DNA of 64,000 nucleotides, taken from an uncultured Gemmatimonadaceae bacterium. GTDB lineage: Bacteria > Gemmatimonadota > Gemmatimonadetes > Gemmatimonadales > Gemmatimonadaceae. The DNA is taken from contig CAWGJO010000020.1 of NCBI GenBank assembly GCA_963822945.1, forward strand, positions 640,001 through 704,000. Reading direction: 5' to 3'. Under the pieces are notes generated by a model. That model was not told the DNA's origin. It was given only the letters and a program-made list of their open reading frames with translations, and searched no databases. The stretch's first letter is position 1. Every line of letters begins with the position of its first letter. The position numbers and the translations under genes are program-made. Shown in pieces: positions 9,349 through 18,641 of the stretch.

Positions 9349-10249
9349 GGGGCGCGACGTAATTCGAAGGCCAGCCCCTCGGCGAGCGATGGAAAACGGA
9401 ACTGGAAACCGAGCTCGCCGAGCCGGCGCGGCATCACCCGCTGGCTGGCGAGCAGCGTAGCCTCCGCCATCTCGCCGAACGCCAGCTTGAGCGCCACCGC
9501 CGGCGCCGGCAGTACCGCCGGGCGATGCAACACCGCGCCGAGCGCGTGGGCAAATTCGCCGTTCCGCACCGGGTTCGGCGCAACCACGTTGACCGGCCCC
9601 GCACTCTCGGCGTTCCCGAGCAGGAACTGTACGGCGCGGCCATAGTCCTCGCGCGTGATCCAGCTCATCCACTGGGCACCGGACCCGAGCGGCCCACCCA
9701 CGCCGAGACTGAAAGGGGGCAGCATTCGCGCGAGCGCTCCGCCCGCGGTCCCCAGCACCACCCCCGTGCGCATCAGTACCACCCGTAACCCGGCATCGCG
9801 AGCCGGATCGGCGGCCCGCTCCACTCCGCCGCAACGGATGCCAGGAAGTCATTGCCCGCGCCGCTTCCCTCATCCAGCACTTCGTCGCCGCGATCACCGT
9901 AGACTCCCACCGCCGACGCCGAAAGCAGCACCAGAGACGGCTTGCGGACGGCGACCATGGCGCGGGCGACGGTCTCCGTGCCCCGGATCCGGCTTTCACG
10001 GATGCGGCGTTTGCGCTCCGGTGTCCATCGCCGTCCGATCGGCTCGCCGGCAAGGTGGATCACCGCGTCGATATCGGCCAGCGCGTCCGGATCGAGCGCT
10101 CCGGCCAGCGGATCCCACCTGATCGCGCCAGCAGGAGCCGGTTCGGCCCGTTCGCGCACCATGGGGCGGACCGAGAACCCGGCCGCGGTCAGCCGCTGGG
10201 TCACGACCGCCCCCAGAAATCCCGAAGCTCCGGTGAGCGCAATGTTCAT
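9345..10249 (-). pseudogene. TIGR01777/YfcH-like NAD-dependent epimerase with a frameshift near 9822
   Basis: N-half TGASGFLG...DAVIHLAGE...SASAVGVYG...NDFLA (9773-10249); C-half RVVLMRTGVVL...GSGAQWMSWI...GPVNVVAP...LLASQRV.P..L...GF.F (9345-9824); one added G restores EWERAA. Confidence 0.8.
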
Positions 10250-10416
10250 GTGTTGGAACCTGACCCGGGACGCCTTGCGGCGGAATCCCGACGTTTCGGG
10301 AACGATTTAGATGATGGATCAATTAATTTCGCGCGGGGTACCCTCCCGAACCCCCACCTTCGTTGCTCAAGCGATTCGAGCCTCAGCCCGCTCGCCTTCC
10401 ACGCCTGGACTCACGA

Positions 10417-11016
10417 ATGCTCGTCAGCGCGCTACTCGCCGTCGTCTTCGCTGCCGCCGGTGTGCCGCCGGATACGACGCCCCCATCGGCGCCCCCAATT
10501 TCGGTCGACTCGGTCTCGCCGATTCCATTCGCCGTCCAGATGCCGGCCGACACGGTGCATCGGCGGCGCCCGCGGCCGCGCGCCATCGAGTACCCCGACA
10601 GCTACTACACGCGTCTCGAGATCCATCGTGACCTGAGCTACGCCATTTATCCGCTGTACGTCGGGCAGTACATCTTCGGGCAACAACTGTGGAAGTACAG
10701 CCGGAACGCCCCGACCTGGGCAAAGACCGGCCATCGGGTGTTCGCCACGGCGCTCGTGGGCGTGTTCGCCGCCAACACGGTCACCGGACTCTGGAACCTC
10801 TGGGACTCGCGGCACGACCCCGACCATCGCGTCCTGCGAACGGTGCATGCGCTGACCATGCTTGCCGCCGACGGGGCGTTCTCGTACGCCGGGAGCACAC
10901 TGGCGACACAGGCACAGAACAGCCTGTCCAAGCGACGCCTCCATCGCACCATCACGATCTCGGCCATGGGCGTCACGGCCCTGAGTTCGCTGATCATGAC
11001 CTTCTACAATCGATGA
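10417..11016 (+). CDS. Exported 4-TM protein with four helix-start histidines (cytochrome b561-like, tentative)
   Basis: Signal peptide, Pro-rich linker, EIHR/TGHR/TVHA/RLHR each preceding a hydrophobic segment. Confidence 0.55.
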   Translation: MLVSALLAVVFAAAGVPPDTTPPSAPPISVDSVSPIPFAVQMPADTVHRRRPRPRAIEYPDSYYTRLEIHRDLSYAIYPLYVGQYIFGQQLWKYSRNAPTWAKTGHRVFATALVGVFAANTVTGLWNLWDSRHDPDHRVLRTVHALTMLAADGAFSYAGSTLATQAQNSLSKRRLHRTITISAMGVTALSSLIMTFYNR

Positions 11017-11078
11017 GCCCACGCGACGCCGGTCCGCGTCTGCGTGCAGGGCAGGTGCATACGACACCGGGAGAACAC

Positions 11079-11519
11079 ATGGGGTGTGAGGATTGCCTGA
11101 GCCGGCGCCAGTTTCTCGCGAAGTCCGCTGTCGCCGCGGCCGCGGTGGCGCTCGCCGCGGGCTGCGGCAACGGACAGATCGGACCCACGGCATACCAGCC
11201 GCCGAGTACCGGTTCTTCGTCCAACGGCAACACGATCAAGGTGGGTGACTTTCCATCGCTGGCGACCGTGGGAACGTTGGTGAAGGTGAACAGCTTTCAG
11301 GCCGTGAAGCGGACGGGAGCGGCGACCTTCGCCGCCTACTCGATGGTGTGCACACATCAGGGCTGTCTCACGCAGCTCTCATCGAACATGTTCTTCTGCC
11401 CCTGTCACGGCGCGGAGTTCAATTCTTCGGGGCAGGTCATTCGCGGTCCGGCGGCGCGCGCACTTGGCCAGTACGCCACGTCGTACGATGCAGCCACGGA
11501 CACCCTGACCATCGGCTAG
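11079..11519 (+). CDS. Tat-exported Rieske 2Fe-2S (lipo)protein
   Basis: SRRQFL, lipobox AAGC, CTHQGC...CPCHGAEF; GGAG RBS. Confidence 0.9.
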   Translation: MGCEDCLSRRQFLAKSAVAAAAVALAAGCGNGQIGPTAYQPPSTGSSSNGNTIKVGDFPSLATVGTLVKVNSFQAVKRTGAATFAAYSMVCTHQGCLTQLSSNMFFCPCHGAEFNSSGQVIRGPAARALGQYATSYDAATDTLTIG

Positions 11520-11700
11520 CGGGGCGCGTCGCAACCAACCTGGAGCAATCGCCGGATGGCGACATCCTCCAGTAGGTCGTAGGGTTCGACCGCGCCGCCG
11601 CGGCGCCATCGAACGCTCGGCGGCGCTGGTGCGTTAACAACTATCGTGGGCCGCTCGACAGGTGGTCCGCCGCGACCCGCAACTTCAACGAACGAGACTG

Positions 11701-12201
11701 ATGCTCAGCGCACCCGATATGCTGATTCACCTCACGAAACCGTGGGAGGAGTTCTACAGTCACTCCAAGGTGGCGCCGACCGTGGTCACCTTTCTCCACG
11801 TGGGAGCGCTGATTCTGGCCGGCGGATTCGCGTTGTCGACCGATCGCGACACGTTTCGCGTCGTGAATGCCGGCGAGGCCAAGCGCATGCAGCATCTCGA
11901 GGATCTCGACAGCGTGCACGCGTGGGTGGTCGGTGGCCTCATCGTGTCCGTGCTCTCGGGAGTGCTCCTGTTCGCGGCCGACGTCGAGACGTTCTTCAGC
12001 TCGTGGGTGTTCTGGGTGAAGATGGGGCTCATCGTCGCCCTGTTGGTCAACGGGTACGTGATGATGCGCACCCAGCGCGGGCTGCGGAGCAGCGCGGGGG
12101 ACGCCGGCATCCGATGGCGGACGCTCCGCCAGACCTCCATGGTGAGCATCGTGCTCTGGTTCACGATTTCGCTTGCTGGAATCATTCTCGTGAACATGTA
12201 A
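11701..12201 (+). CDS. 4-TM membrane protein (DUF6644/CopD/HemJ-like, tentative)
   Basis: FLHVGALILAGG, SGVLLF, FWVKMGLI; four hydrophobic segments. Confidence 0.6.
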   Translation: MLSAPDMLIHLTKPWEEFYSHSKVAPTVVTFLHVGALILAGGFALSTDRDTFRVVNAGEAKRMQHLEDLDSVHAWVVGGLIVSVLSGVLLFAADVETFFSSWVFWVKMGLIVALLVNGYVMMRTQRGLRSSAGDAGIRWRTLRQTSMVSIVLWFTISLAGIILVNM

Positions 12202-12224
12202 CTCTGGTGTTTGGAGACAGCCTG

Positions 12225-12764
12225 ATGGATGAATCGAACGACAGCCGCAGCACTCCCGCCAACGACCAGTGCAATGGGTGCACCGTCGCTGCCGCGAGCC
12301 GGCGGCGGTTTCTCCGCGATGCGGCACTGATGATCGCGGGCACTCTCGCGGCCCTGTCGGCAGGACCGGTGTCGGCAGCCGCGCTCGAGCCGCGCTTCGT
12401 GCGCGCGCTCGATACGTCCGACGAACTCAAGAACTATCCGATTCCCGCCACCGACGGCGTGAACATCGACCAGGACGAGTCGGTGATCATCACCCGCTGG
12501 CAGGGCGAGCTGTTCGCGTTCTCCCTCGCCTGCCCGCACCAGAACACGGCCCTGCGCTGGGAGCCGGAGGACCAGGAGTTCCGCTGTCCCAAGCACCATT
12601 CCATCTACACCCCCGAGGGCGTGTTCATCGACGGGCGGGCGACGCGCAGCATGGATCGATTCGCGGTCACGCGGAACGGCAACAACGTGTCCGTCGATCT
12701 CGACAAGCTGTACCGCGAGGACGACGATCCGGACCTCTGGAAGGCGGCGTTCCTGAAGCTGTGA
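12225..12764 (+). CDS. Tat-exported Rieske 2Fe-2S protein, ferredoxin-type motif
   Basis: SRRRFL; CPHQNT...CPKHHSIY. Confidence 0.88.
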   Translation: MDESNDSRSTPANDQCNGCTVAAASRRRFLRDAALMIAGTLAALSAGPVSAAALEPRFVRALDTSDELKNYPIPATDGVNIDQDESVIITRWQGELFAFSLACPHQNTALRWEPEDQEFRCPKHHSIYTPEGVFIDGRATRSMDRFAVTRNGNNVSVDLDKLYREDDDPDLWKAAFLKL

Positions 12765-12831
12765 GCCGCGGCCCGGACGCTCCATGCGTCCGGCCCCTCC
12801 GCGAGCGATCTGCCGGCGCTACCTTACCCCC

Positions 12832-13518
12832 ATGCTGCTCGGCGTTGCTGGCATGGTCGGCTCCGGAAAAACGACGCTCTCCCGCGCGCTTGCCGCCCGG
12901 TTCGGGCTGCAACTCGCCCTGGAGAGTGTGGGCGACGACAACCCCTGGCTCGAGCGGTTCTACGACGGCCCCGAAGGCATGCGCTCCTTCGGCCTCCACC
13001 TCCAACTGCACTTCCTGGCGACGCGCTTCGCGGCCATGCGCCGCATACTCGGCAGCGGGGGCAGTTGGGTGCTCGACCGTACCTGGTACGAGGACGCCGA
13101 GATATTCGCCCGGGGGCTCTTCGAACAGGGGTACATGAGCTCCGACGACTGGAGCCTGTACCACCAGTTGTATGGCGAGTTGTTGCATGCCCCCGCGGCT
13201 CGGCCCCCGCGCCTGCTGGTCTATCTTCACGGCCCGGTCGAGACGATCATCGGGCGGATCGTCACGCGTGGGCGCCCGAAGGAACGGGATACCGATCCCG
13301 AATACTGGCGCGAACTGCACGAACGCTACGAGCGCTGGATCGCTGGATTCACGCCGTGCCCCGTGCTCCGCCTCGACATCCGCCAGTACGACCTGGTGGC
13401 CGAGCCGGACGCCATCGAAGACGTCGCGGCGCAGGTGCGCGCGGTGATCGGCGACGATCTGCCGCAGACGGAACTCTGGCCTCCCGTGCCTCGCCGTTCC
13501 GATCGCCGAGCGTCCTGA
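12832..13518 (+). CDS. Deoxynucleoside kinase
   Basis: P-loop GMVGSGKTT, NPWLERFY, LQLHFLATRF, DRTWYED, RGRPKE. Confidence 0.9.
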   Translation: MLLGVAGMVGSGKTTLSRALAARFGLQLALESVGDDNPWLERFYDGPEGMRSFGLHLQLHFLATRFAAMRRILGSGGSWVLDRTWYEDAEIFARGLFEQGYMSSDDWSLYHQLYGELLHAPAARPPRLLVYLHGPVETIIGRIVTRGRPKERDTDPEYWRELHERYERWIAGFTPCPVLRLDIRQYDLVAEPDAIEDVAAQVRAVIGDDLPQTELWPPVPRRSDRRAS

Positions 13519-13616
13519 CCGGCCGGCGGCTCCCGGCGGACCTTCAGCCGGCGAACGTCCCCGGGAAAGCCGTGTATCATTGGGGTACCCCCGACTGACC
13601 GTTCGAGGAATCCGTC

Positions 13617-14507
13617 ATGTTCGCTTCGTCATCCGGTTTCGTTCGCGTGCTTGCCGTGGCGGCAGCCCTGGCAACGCTCTCCGCCTGCACGGAGCGCCGC
13701 ACCGCCGAGCGCGCCGATTCCGATCTCGCACACGATCTCGCGCTGGCCAATCAGATCAGCGCGCAGCCGGCGCTCAAGGATACGGGCGTCGCGCCGGTCC
13801 CCGAGCCCCAACCTCAGCAGCCGCCCACGCCGGCCCCCCGCCAGGAATCGCGGAGCCCGCGGCGGGAGCCGGTGCCACAACCCACCCGTGCCGCCGCGAC
13901 ACCGGTGTCGCAACCCACGATGACCCCCGTGGCCCAGCAACCGGACTCGAATACGATGGCCGCCGCGACCATGCCGGCTCCCGTGCAGAAGCTGATCGGC
14001 GCCGGCACCGGCATCGCGCTGAATTCCGGCATGAGCGTCTGCACCAACACCAATAAGGTGGGCGACAAGCTGGTGGCGACGGTCACCAGTCCGGTGCAGG
14101 GAGCGGGCGGCGCCGAGATTCCCACCGGGTCGCGTGTCGTGCTCGAGGTCGCCCGGGTGACACCGGGCGACCCCACCGACAGCAGCATCGTCGTTCGTCC
14201 GATGACGATGTACGTGAACGGCGTCTCGTACCCCGTCTCGGGCACCATTGCGTCCACCACGGCGCTGCAGCGCACCGAGGTGCCGGGCACCGGGCCCTCG
14301 GACAAGGAGAAGGTGGCGGGCGGCGCCGTCGTTGGAGCCATCCTGGGTCAGATCTTTGGGCACAGCACCAAGTCGACGGTCATCGGCGCGGCTGCCGGTG
14401 CCGCCACCGGAGCCGCCGTGGCGCATGCCCAGAAGAACTACCAGACCTGTCTGCCCGAGGGCGCGGCCCTGGTGCTGACCCTCGATGCCCCACTCACGAT
14501 GAACTGA
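13617..14507 (+). CDS. Pro-rich lipoprotein with C-terminal glycine zipper
   Basis: Lipobox LSAC; IPTGSRV; GGAVVGAILGQIFG...IGAAAGAATG. Confidence 0.75.
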   Translation: MFASSSGFVRVLAVAAALATLSACTERRTAERADSDLAHDLALANQISAQPALKDTGVAPVPEPQPQQPPTPAPRQESRSPRREPVPQPTRAAATPVSQPTMTPVAQQPDSNTMAAATMPAPVQKLIGAGTGIALNSGMSVCTNTNKVGDKLVATVTSPVQGAGGAEIPTGSRVVLEVARVTPGDPTDSSIVVRPMTMYVNGVSYPVSGTIASTTALQRTEVPGTGPSDKEKVAGGAVVGAILGQIFGHSTKSTVIGAAAGAATGAAVAHAQKNYQTCLPEGAALVLTLDAPLTMN

Positions 14508-14532
14508 TCCGTTGACGGACGGCGACACACGG

Positions 14533-14567
14533 GCGGCGCGGCGCGAAGACGCCGCGCCGCTATTTTT
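14533..14567 (+). terminator. Rho-independent terminator
   Basis: gcggcgcggcg-cgaaga-cgccgcgccgc followed by tattttt. Confidence 0.8.
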
Positions 14568-14611
14568 CGGTCAGCCGCTGCACGACCACCCACACGATCA
14601 CTCCACCACGC

Positions 14612-15142
14612 ATGGATCTCCGCTACCCGATCGGTCGCTTCTCCCGTCCCGTGGACGTCACCGCCGCCGAACGCGCCCGGTACATCGAAGCCGTCGCCGG
14701 CGCACCGGCGGCACTCCGCGACGCGGTGCGCGGCCTCGACGACGCACAACTCGACACGCCGTATCGCCCCGACGGATGGACCGTGCGGCAGGTGATCCAT
14801 CACCTGCCGGACAGCCACCTCAATGCGTACGTGCGCTTCAAGCTCGCGCTCACGGAAGTCGAGCCGACCATCAAGCCGTACGACGAGAAGGCCTGGGCGG
14901 AGCTGCCCGATGGGCGCGGCCCGCTCGTCGCCGAGTCGCTCGCGCTGCTCGATGCCCTGCATGCACGCTGGGTGTACATGCTGCGCGCGATGAGGGCGGG
15001 CGATTTCGCGCGGACGCTGGTGCATCCGGAACGGCCGGAGGCCCCGATGACCCTCGACGTGATGCTGGCGCTCTATGCATGGCACGGCCGGCACCACGTG
15101 GCGCAGGTCACCGCGCTGCGCGACCGCATGAAGTGGGACTGA
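14612..15142 (+). CDS. YfiT/BstA-family (DinB superfamily) metal-dependent thiol transferase/hydrolase
   Basis: MDLRYPIG, LDTPYRPDGWTVRQVIHHLPDSH, PTIKPYDEKAWAEL, YAWHGRHH. Confidence 0.92.
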   Translation: MDLRYPIGRFSRPVDVTAAERARYIEAVAGAPAALRDAVRGLDDAQLDTPYRPDGWTVRQVIHHLPDSHLNAYVRFKLALTEVEPTIKPYDEKAWAELPDGRGPLVAESLALLDALHARWVYMLRAMRAGDFARTLVHPERPEAPMTLDVMLALYAWHGRHHVAQVTALRDRMKWD

Positions 15143-15173
15143 GCGGCACTCCGCGCACGATGACGCATGCAGC

Positions 15174-15215
15174 CGGGGCCCCAGACACCGCGCGAGCGCG
15201 GCGTCTGGGGCCCCG
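15174..15215. terminator. Strong hairpin between convergent yfiT-like gene and pntB
   Basis: cggggccccagac...gtctggggccccg 13-bp stem plus inner stem. Confidence 0.7.
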
Positions 15216-15239
15216 TGAACTTCCCTGCGTGCGCCAGCG

Positions 15240-16675
15240 CTAGGCGGCCGACGCCGCGTCGTCCCCCCCAGGTCCTTCACGGCCTGGATCATCTTGACCA
15301 GCGTCTCGCGGGCGTCGCCGTACACCATGCCCGTGTTGTCGGCGTAGAAGAGCGCGTTCTCCACTCCCGCGTAGCCCTTGCCCTTGCCGCGCTTGAGCAC
15401 GTAGACCTGGTTGGCGTAGTCGACGTTCAGAATCGGCATGCCGTAGATCGGTGAGCTCTTGTCGGTGCGCGCCGCCGGGTTCACGACGTCATTGGCGCCG
15501 ATCACCAGCGCCACGTCGGTGCCCTTGAATTCGTCGTTCACCTCGTCCAGTTCGGCGATCATGTCATAGGGCACGCCCGCCTCGGCGAGCAGCACGTCCA
15601 TGTGACCCGGCATACGCCCCGCCACCGGGTGAATGGCGAACTTCACCTCGACGCCGGCCGCCTGCAGCGCCTTCACGAACTCGTACAGCTTCTGCTGCGC
15701 CTGCGCGGCGGCCAGGCCGTAGCCCGGCACGATGATCACCTTGCTGGCGTAACGCATCGTGATCGCGGCATCGCTCGCTTCCACCGGCTTCATCGAGCCG
15801 GCGATCTCGCCCTCCTGCTCGATGCTCACGTCGCCGAAGTTGCTGAACAGGACGTTGGCCACCGAGCGGTTCATGGCCTTGGCCATGAGCAGTGTCAGCA
15901 GCGTACCCGCCGAGCCGACCACCATGCCGGCAATCATCAATGCCGGGTTCTGGAGCACGAATCCGTCCAGGGCCACGGCGAGGCCGGTGAGGGCGTTGTA
16001 CAGCGAGATCACCACCGGCATGTCGGCGCCGCCGATCGGCATCGTCGCCATCACGCCGTAGATCAACGCTATTCCGAAGAACACCGCGATCAGAACCTGC
16101 GGCGGCACGTTGGGCACGCCCACCGCCACCCCGACGCCGATGGCGAGGGTGATGAGCAGAACGAGGGCATTGTAGATGTGCTGGCCGGGCAGGCGCCACG
16201 GTTTGTTGACCCGCCCATCGAGCTTCGCCCACGCCACGAGCGAGCCCGAGAACGACACCGAGCCGATCACCGCACCCACGAGCGTCACCGCCAGGTGGGT
16301 GGCGTTGTCGGCCTTGCCGCCCAGCAGCTCGACGGCGGCGATGGCACCGGCGGCCCCGCCGCCCATGCCGTTGTACAACGCCACCATCTGGGGCATGTCC
16401 GTCAGCGCGACCCGCTTTCCGCCGCGCCATGCCCAGCCGACGCCGAGCAGCAGCGCCACCAGTGTCAGCGTGAGATTCACCGACAGGTGGGCAGCGGCTT
16501 CGGGGGCGATGCCGAACACGTAAAGAAAGCCGGCCAGGATTGCCAGCAACATGCCATAGCCCGCTACGCGAACGCCCGACCGCGCCGTCACCGGCGACGA
16601 CATTCGCTTGAGGCCATAAATGAAGAGGAACGCGGCCACGAAATCGGTGGCCTGGATGATCCAGGATGTGTTCAT
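15240..16675 (-). CDS. pntB: NAD(P) transhydrogenase beta subunit; apparent missing G in a G7 tract (15263-15269) bypasses the natural stop
   Basis: MPQMVALYNGMGG, PIGGADMPVVIS, IIVPGYGLA, AIHPVAGRMPGHM, IGANDVVNPAA; G8 gives ...KDLGGDDAASAA* at 15240. Confidence 0.93.
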
Positions 16676-16685
16676 CGGTGTGTCC

Positions 16686-17000
16686 TCACTCCTTGGCTTT
16701 CGTGGGACGGCTGGACTTGAACATTTCCAGCATCCGCTCGGTCACCACGTAGCCCCCGGCCACGTTGGCCGCGCCGAGGAACACGCCGACGAACCCGACC
16801 ACCTGCTCGGGCGTCGTACTGGCATTGAGCAGGGCATACATCGCACCCACCACGACGATGCCATGCACGAAGTTGGAGCCCGACATCAGCGGCGTGTGCA
16901 GGATGGCCGGCACACGCCCAATGACTTCATAGCCGGTGAACGCCGCGAGCATGAAGATGTACAGCGCGACGAATCCGACGATTCCCGTTTCTACGGTCAT
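16686..17000 (-). CDS. pntA: NAD(P) transhydrogenase alpha subunit part 2
   Basis: VPAILHTPLMSGSNFVHGI...NVAGGYVVTERMLEMFK. Confidence 0.93.
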   Translation of the reverse strand: MTVETGIVGFVALYIFMLAAFTGYEVIGRVPAILHTPLMSGSNFVHGIVVVGAMYALLNASTTPEQVVGFVGVFLGAANVAGGYVVTERMLEMFKSSRPTKAKE

Positions 17001-17016
17001 GAATCTCTCCCGTGCG

Positions 17017-18144
17017 CTAAGCCGATTCCACGGCCGTGCGGGCCGCGTCGTTCTTGATCTCGCCACCGTGCGTGAGCGCCGTCTTGGCGACGACCTCGTC
17101 CTCCCAGTCGAGCGCGAATCCTCCGTCCTTGACCAGCAGATCGAGAAGGTTCAGCACGTTCTTGGCGTAGAGTTCGCTTGCATGTTCGCCGAGGAGCGAC
17201 GGCACGTTCAGCGGGGCGGCGACGGTCACCTGCCCCACGCGGATGGTCTCGCCGGGCTTGGTGTATTCGCAGTTGCCGCCGCCTTCGGCCGCGAGGTCGA
17301 TGATGACGGCGCCGTTCTTCATGCCGTCAACCTGTGCCTTGCTGATCAGCTTCGGCGCCGGGCGTCCCGGCACGGCCGCGGTGGTGATCACCACGTCGGC
17401 CTGCTGAATGTGCCGCGTCAGCGCCGCCGCCACCTTCTGCTTCTCCTCGGCGGTCAGTTCCCGGGCATAGCCGCCCTCACCGCGCGCGTCGACGCCCGTG
17501 TCGACGAACTTCGCACCCAGCGACGCCGCTTCCTCGCGCGTCTCCGGTCGAACGTCGTATCCCTCGACCACCGCGCCCAACCGCCGCGCCGTGGCAATCG
17601 ACTGCAGGCCCGCCACGCCGAGACCGATCACGAGCACGGTCGCCGGCCGCAGGGCACCGGTGGCCGTCGTCATGCGCGGCAGGATGCGCGGAAGCTCGGT
17701 GCCGGCCAGCAGCACCGCATAGTATCCGGCAAGCGCCGCCTGGCTGGACAGCGCATCCATGGCCTGCGCCCGCGTGATGCGCGGCACCAGCTCCATGGCA
17801 AAGCAGGTGATGCCCCGGTCGCGCAGGAGCTTCACCAGGTCGGGTTCGCGATGCGCATACACGAACGAGATGAGCACGGCGCCCTGCTTCATCGCCTTCA
17901 CGACCTCGAGCGAGGGCGGCTGCACCGCCAGCACGAGATCCGCGTCGCCGACCAGCGCCGGCAGATCCGTGGCGATCGTGACGTTTCGGTAGGCGCTGTC
18001 CGGAAGGCTCACTGCCTCGCCGGCACCCGCCTGCAACCGAACTTCTGCGCCGAGTTTGACCAATTTATCGACAACGGCCGGCACCATGGCTACGCGCCGT
18101 TCACCAGTCCGCGTCTCTTTCAATACCGCGACTTTCAGTGACAT
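17017..18144 (-). CDS. pntA: NAD(P) transhydrogenase alpha subunit part 1 (dI)
   Basis: ERRVA, PRITRAQAMDALSSQA, GLGVAGLQ, GEGGYA, DLAAEGGGNC. Confidence 0.95.
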   Translation of the reverse strand: MSLKVAVLKETRTGERRVAMVPAVVDKLVKLGAEVRLQAGAGEAVSLPDSAYRNVTIATDLPALVGDADLVLAVQPPSLEVVKAMKQGAVLISFVYAHREPDLVKLLRDRGITCFAMELVPRITRAQAMDALSSQAALAGYYAVLLAGTELPRILPRMTTATGALRPATVLVIGLGVAGLQSIATARRLGAVVEGYDVRPETREEAASLGAKFVDTGVDARGEGGYARELTAEEKQKVAAALTRHIQQADVVITTAAVPGRPAPKLISKAQVDGMKNGAVIIDLAAEGGGNCEYTKPGETIRVGQVTVAAPLNVPSLLGEHASELYAKNVLNLLDLLVKDGGFALDWEDEVVAKTALTHGGEIKNDAARTAVESA

Positions 18145-18216
18145 CAAACGCTCCGTCAATCCGGTGCTGATGGGCACGACCGGCCCTTCGCCGGCCGCGC
18201 CGCTCGCATCATTTCT

Positions 18217-18374
18217 TGCGCCTGTAAGACTGGAAGACCCCGACTGCCCACGCCCGTCGGTTGGGCCCCGGACCTGGATCGGCTCCGGACACCGCCGGCC
18301 GTAGCCGGCAACCCGCGCTCGCCATCTCGCATGGCGTACCACCGAAACAACCGGCGGTCGCACGGGCAGGCGCA
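18217..18374 (-). ncRNA. Candidate structured leader RNA or sRNA upstream of pntA
   Basis: 8-bp closing stem, G-U-rich second stem, multiloop with three hairpins including a cUACGg tetraloop; TGtTATAGT extended -10 at 18378-18386. Confidence 0.45.
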
Positions 18375-18641
18375 CGAACTATAACATGATGGGACGACGA
18401 ATAGGGAGTTCGCGATCGGGGCACCCGTTGCGCTCGGCCATCGAGCGAAGACACGGTGAAATCGCCGGTCCGAACACGACCGAATCCCTCGGAATCCCGT
18501 CTGGAGCCGCGCCCGCCGTGCTCCCGAAGCCCATCCGGGTGCCGAACTGGCGTGCTCCGCCGGGTCCGCCGAGTTTGCAACGTGGGGACCCGGCGCCGGG
18601 TACCTTTCTCGCACGCTCTCTCATGGGAACCGACGACGGAC

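Noticed and set aside
14438..15239. C-terminal extension of the 745-aa PntB ORF as a fusion domain
   Set aside because: Antisense to the well-supported yfiT-like gene and explained by one missing G
18217..18374. 6S RNA, ZTP, FMN or cobalamin riboswitch identity for the pnt leader
   Set aside because: Diagnostic conserved segments could not be matched by eye; kept as an unclassified candidate
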